The notes below the pieces were generated by a model. It was given only the letters and a program-made list of their open reading frames with translations. It searched no databases and was not told the origin of the DNA. The translations under genes were made by a program, and so were the position numbers. Positions 25,838 to 26,613 of a stretch of DNA of 26,613 bases are shown one piece after another. Source of the DNA: a virus (Duplodnaviria; Caudoviricetes); IMG/VR virus record IMGVR_UViG_3300014839_000035, positions 1-26,613 of that record; one strand, written 5' to 3'. Numbering within the stretch: the stretch's first letter is position 1; each line of letters starts with the position of its first letter.

Positions 25838-26266
25838 ATGCAATCAGCAGAAACAAAAAACATCGCAACGGCGCTATCAAAGGCACAGGCCGAATACAAC
25901 AAAATAGTGAAGGATAGCACTAACCCGTTTTTTCACTCAAAGTATGCTACCTTGGGAGCTTGCATTGATGCCACTAGGGATGCGCTTGCAAAAAATGGCA
26001 TTGCGGTTGTGCAGGGTTCAAAGGTTATCAACGGGCAAAATGTTCTCGAAACAATCCTGCTGCATATTTCCGGTGAATGGATTTCTGGTGAATACCTTTT
26101 TGCCCCGATGAAAAATGAACCGCAGGCAATGGGGGCTGCCATGACATATGCTCGAAGATATGCGCTTTGCGGTATGCTTAACGTTGCAAGCGAGGACGAC
26201 GACGGAGAGCAAGCGCAAGGAAGAAAAAAAGAAATACCACCGGCGGGAAAACAGTTACCATTTTAA
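25838..26266 (+). CDS. erf: ERF-family single-strand annealing protein
   Basis: ALSKAQ, NPFFHSKYATL, LLHISGEWI, PQAMGAAMTYARRYAL, EDDDG. Confidence 0.93.
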   Translation: MQSAETKNIATALSKAQAEYNKIVKDSTNPFFHSKYATLGACIDATRDALAKNGIAVVQGSKVINGQNVLETILLHISGEWISGEYLFAPMKNEPQAMGAAMTYARRYALCGMLNVASEDDDGEQAQGRKKEIPPAGKQLPF

Positions 26267-26278
26267 CAAGGGAGATTT

Positions 26279-26491
26279 ATGGCAAACAGCAGGATCGGAG
26301 CATTGTGGGAAGGAAAGAAAGACAGCAAGGCACTTCTCACCGGAACGCTTGACTTTCTTGGGGAGGATATTCGTATTGTTGTTTTCAAAAACGATAAGAA
26401 AGAAGCTGGTAGCAAGCAGCCGGATTATCACATTGTAAGAAGCAAGGAAACAGCGCAAGGCGAACCTGGTGCAACTGGAGATGCCTTTTAG
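26279..26491 (+). CDS. DUF736-like small protein
   Basis: IGALWE...LTGTL...VVFKNDKK...QPDYHI with an acidic/Phe C-terminus. Confidence 0.7.
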   Translation: MANSRIGALWEGKKDSKALLTGTLDFLGEDIRIVVFKNDKKEAGSKQPDYHIVRSKETAQGEPGATGDAF

Positions 26492-26526
26492 TAAATATCC
26501 CCTGCGACTAAAGTCGCGGGGCTTTA
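26491..26526. mobile_element. Hairpin resembling an IS200/IS605-family end (or a terminator)
   Basis: GTAAATAT-CCCCTGCGACT-AA-AGTCGCGGGG-CTTT. Confidence 0.4.
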
Positions 26527-26613
26527 AACCTGATTAGGAACCTTATGTTCTTTAACCGATTTTTCAGCGCAATTTACGGTACGCCCTTGAAAACATGCAA
26601 TATCAGGTTTGCC

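Noticed and set aside
21167-26458. Short minus-strand ORFs over the replication/recombination arm
   Set aside because: Shadows of well-supported plus-strand genes.
1-26613. CRISPR array, tRNA, reverse transcriptase/DGR, or stop-codon recoding
   Set aside because: No spaced repeats, cloverleaf or RT motifs were noticed, and genes tile fully under the standard code.

Overview
This window is part of a tailed dsDNA phage or prophage genome with two divergent arms. The minus-strand late arm (20462->1) runs: small terminase, large terminase, portal, a ~10.5 kb cassette of 13 tightly coupled genes, gp7/MuF-like minor head protein, scaffold, major capsid, probable cement protein, head-tail adaptor, neck protein, tail terminator, and a tail-tube-like gene missing from the ORF track that runs off the left edge. 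The cassette holds 7 glycosyltransferase-like genes (one a GT11+GT7+GT2 triple fusion), 5 SAM methyltransferases and 1 small membrane protein. The plus-strand arm (20859->26491) encodes a replication initiator, a fused primase-helicase, small ORFs, Gp157, ERF and a DUF736-like protein. The main finding is the glycan-building and methylation cassette inside the head operon. It has no recognisable sugar-synthesis or export genes, which suggests a phage-encoded virion glycosylation system (inference). Also noted: an apparently degenerate terminase nuclease site, two similar antisense/attenuator-like leaders, a homing-endonuclease remnant and a possible IS200/IS605 end. All family calls come from reading motifs by eye; no searches were run.
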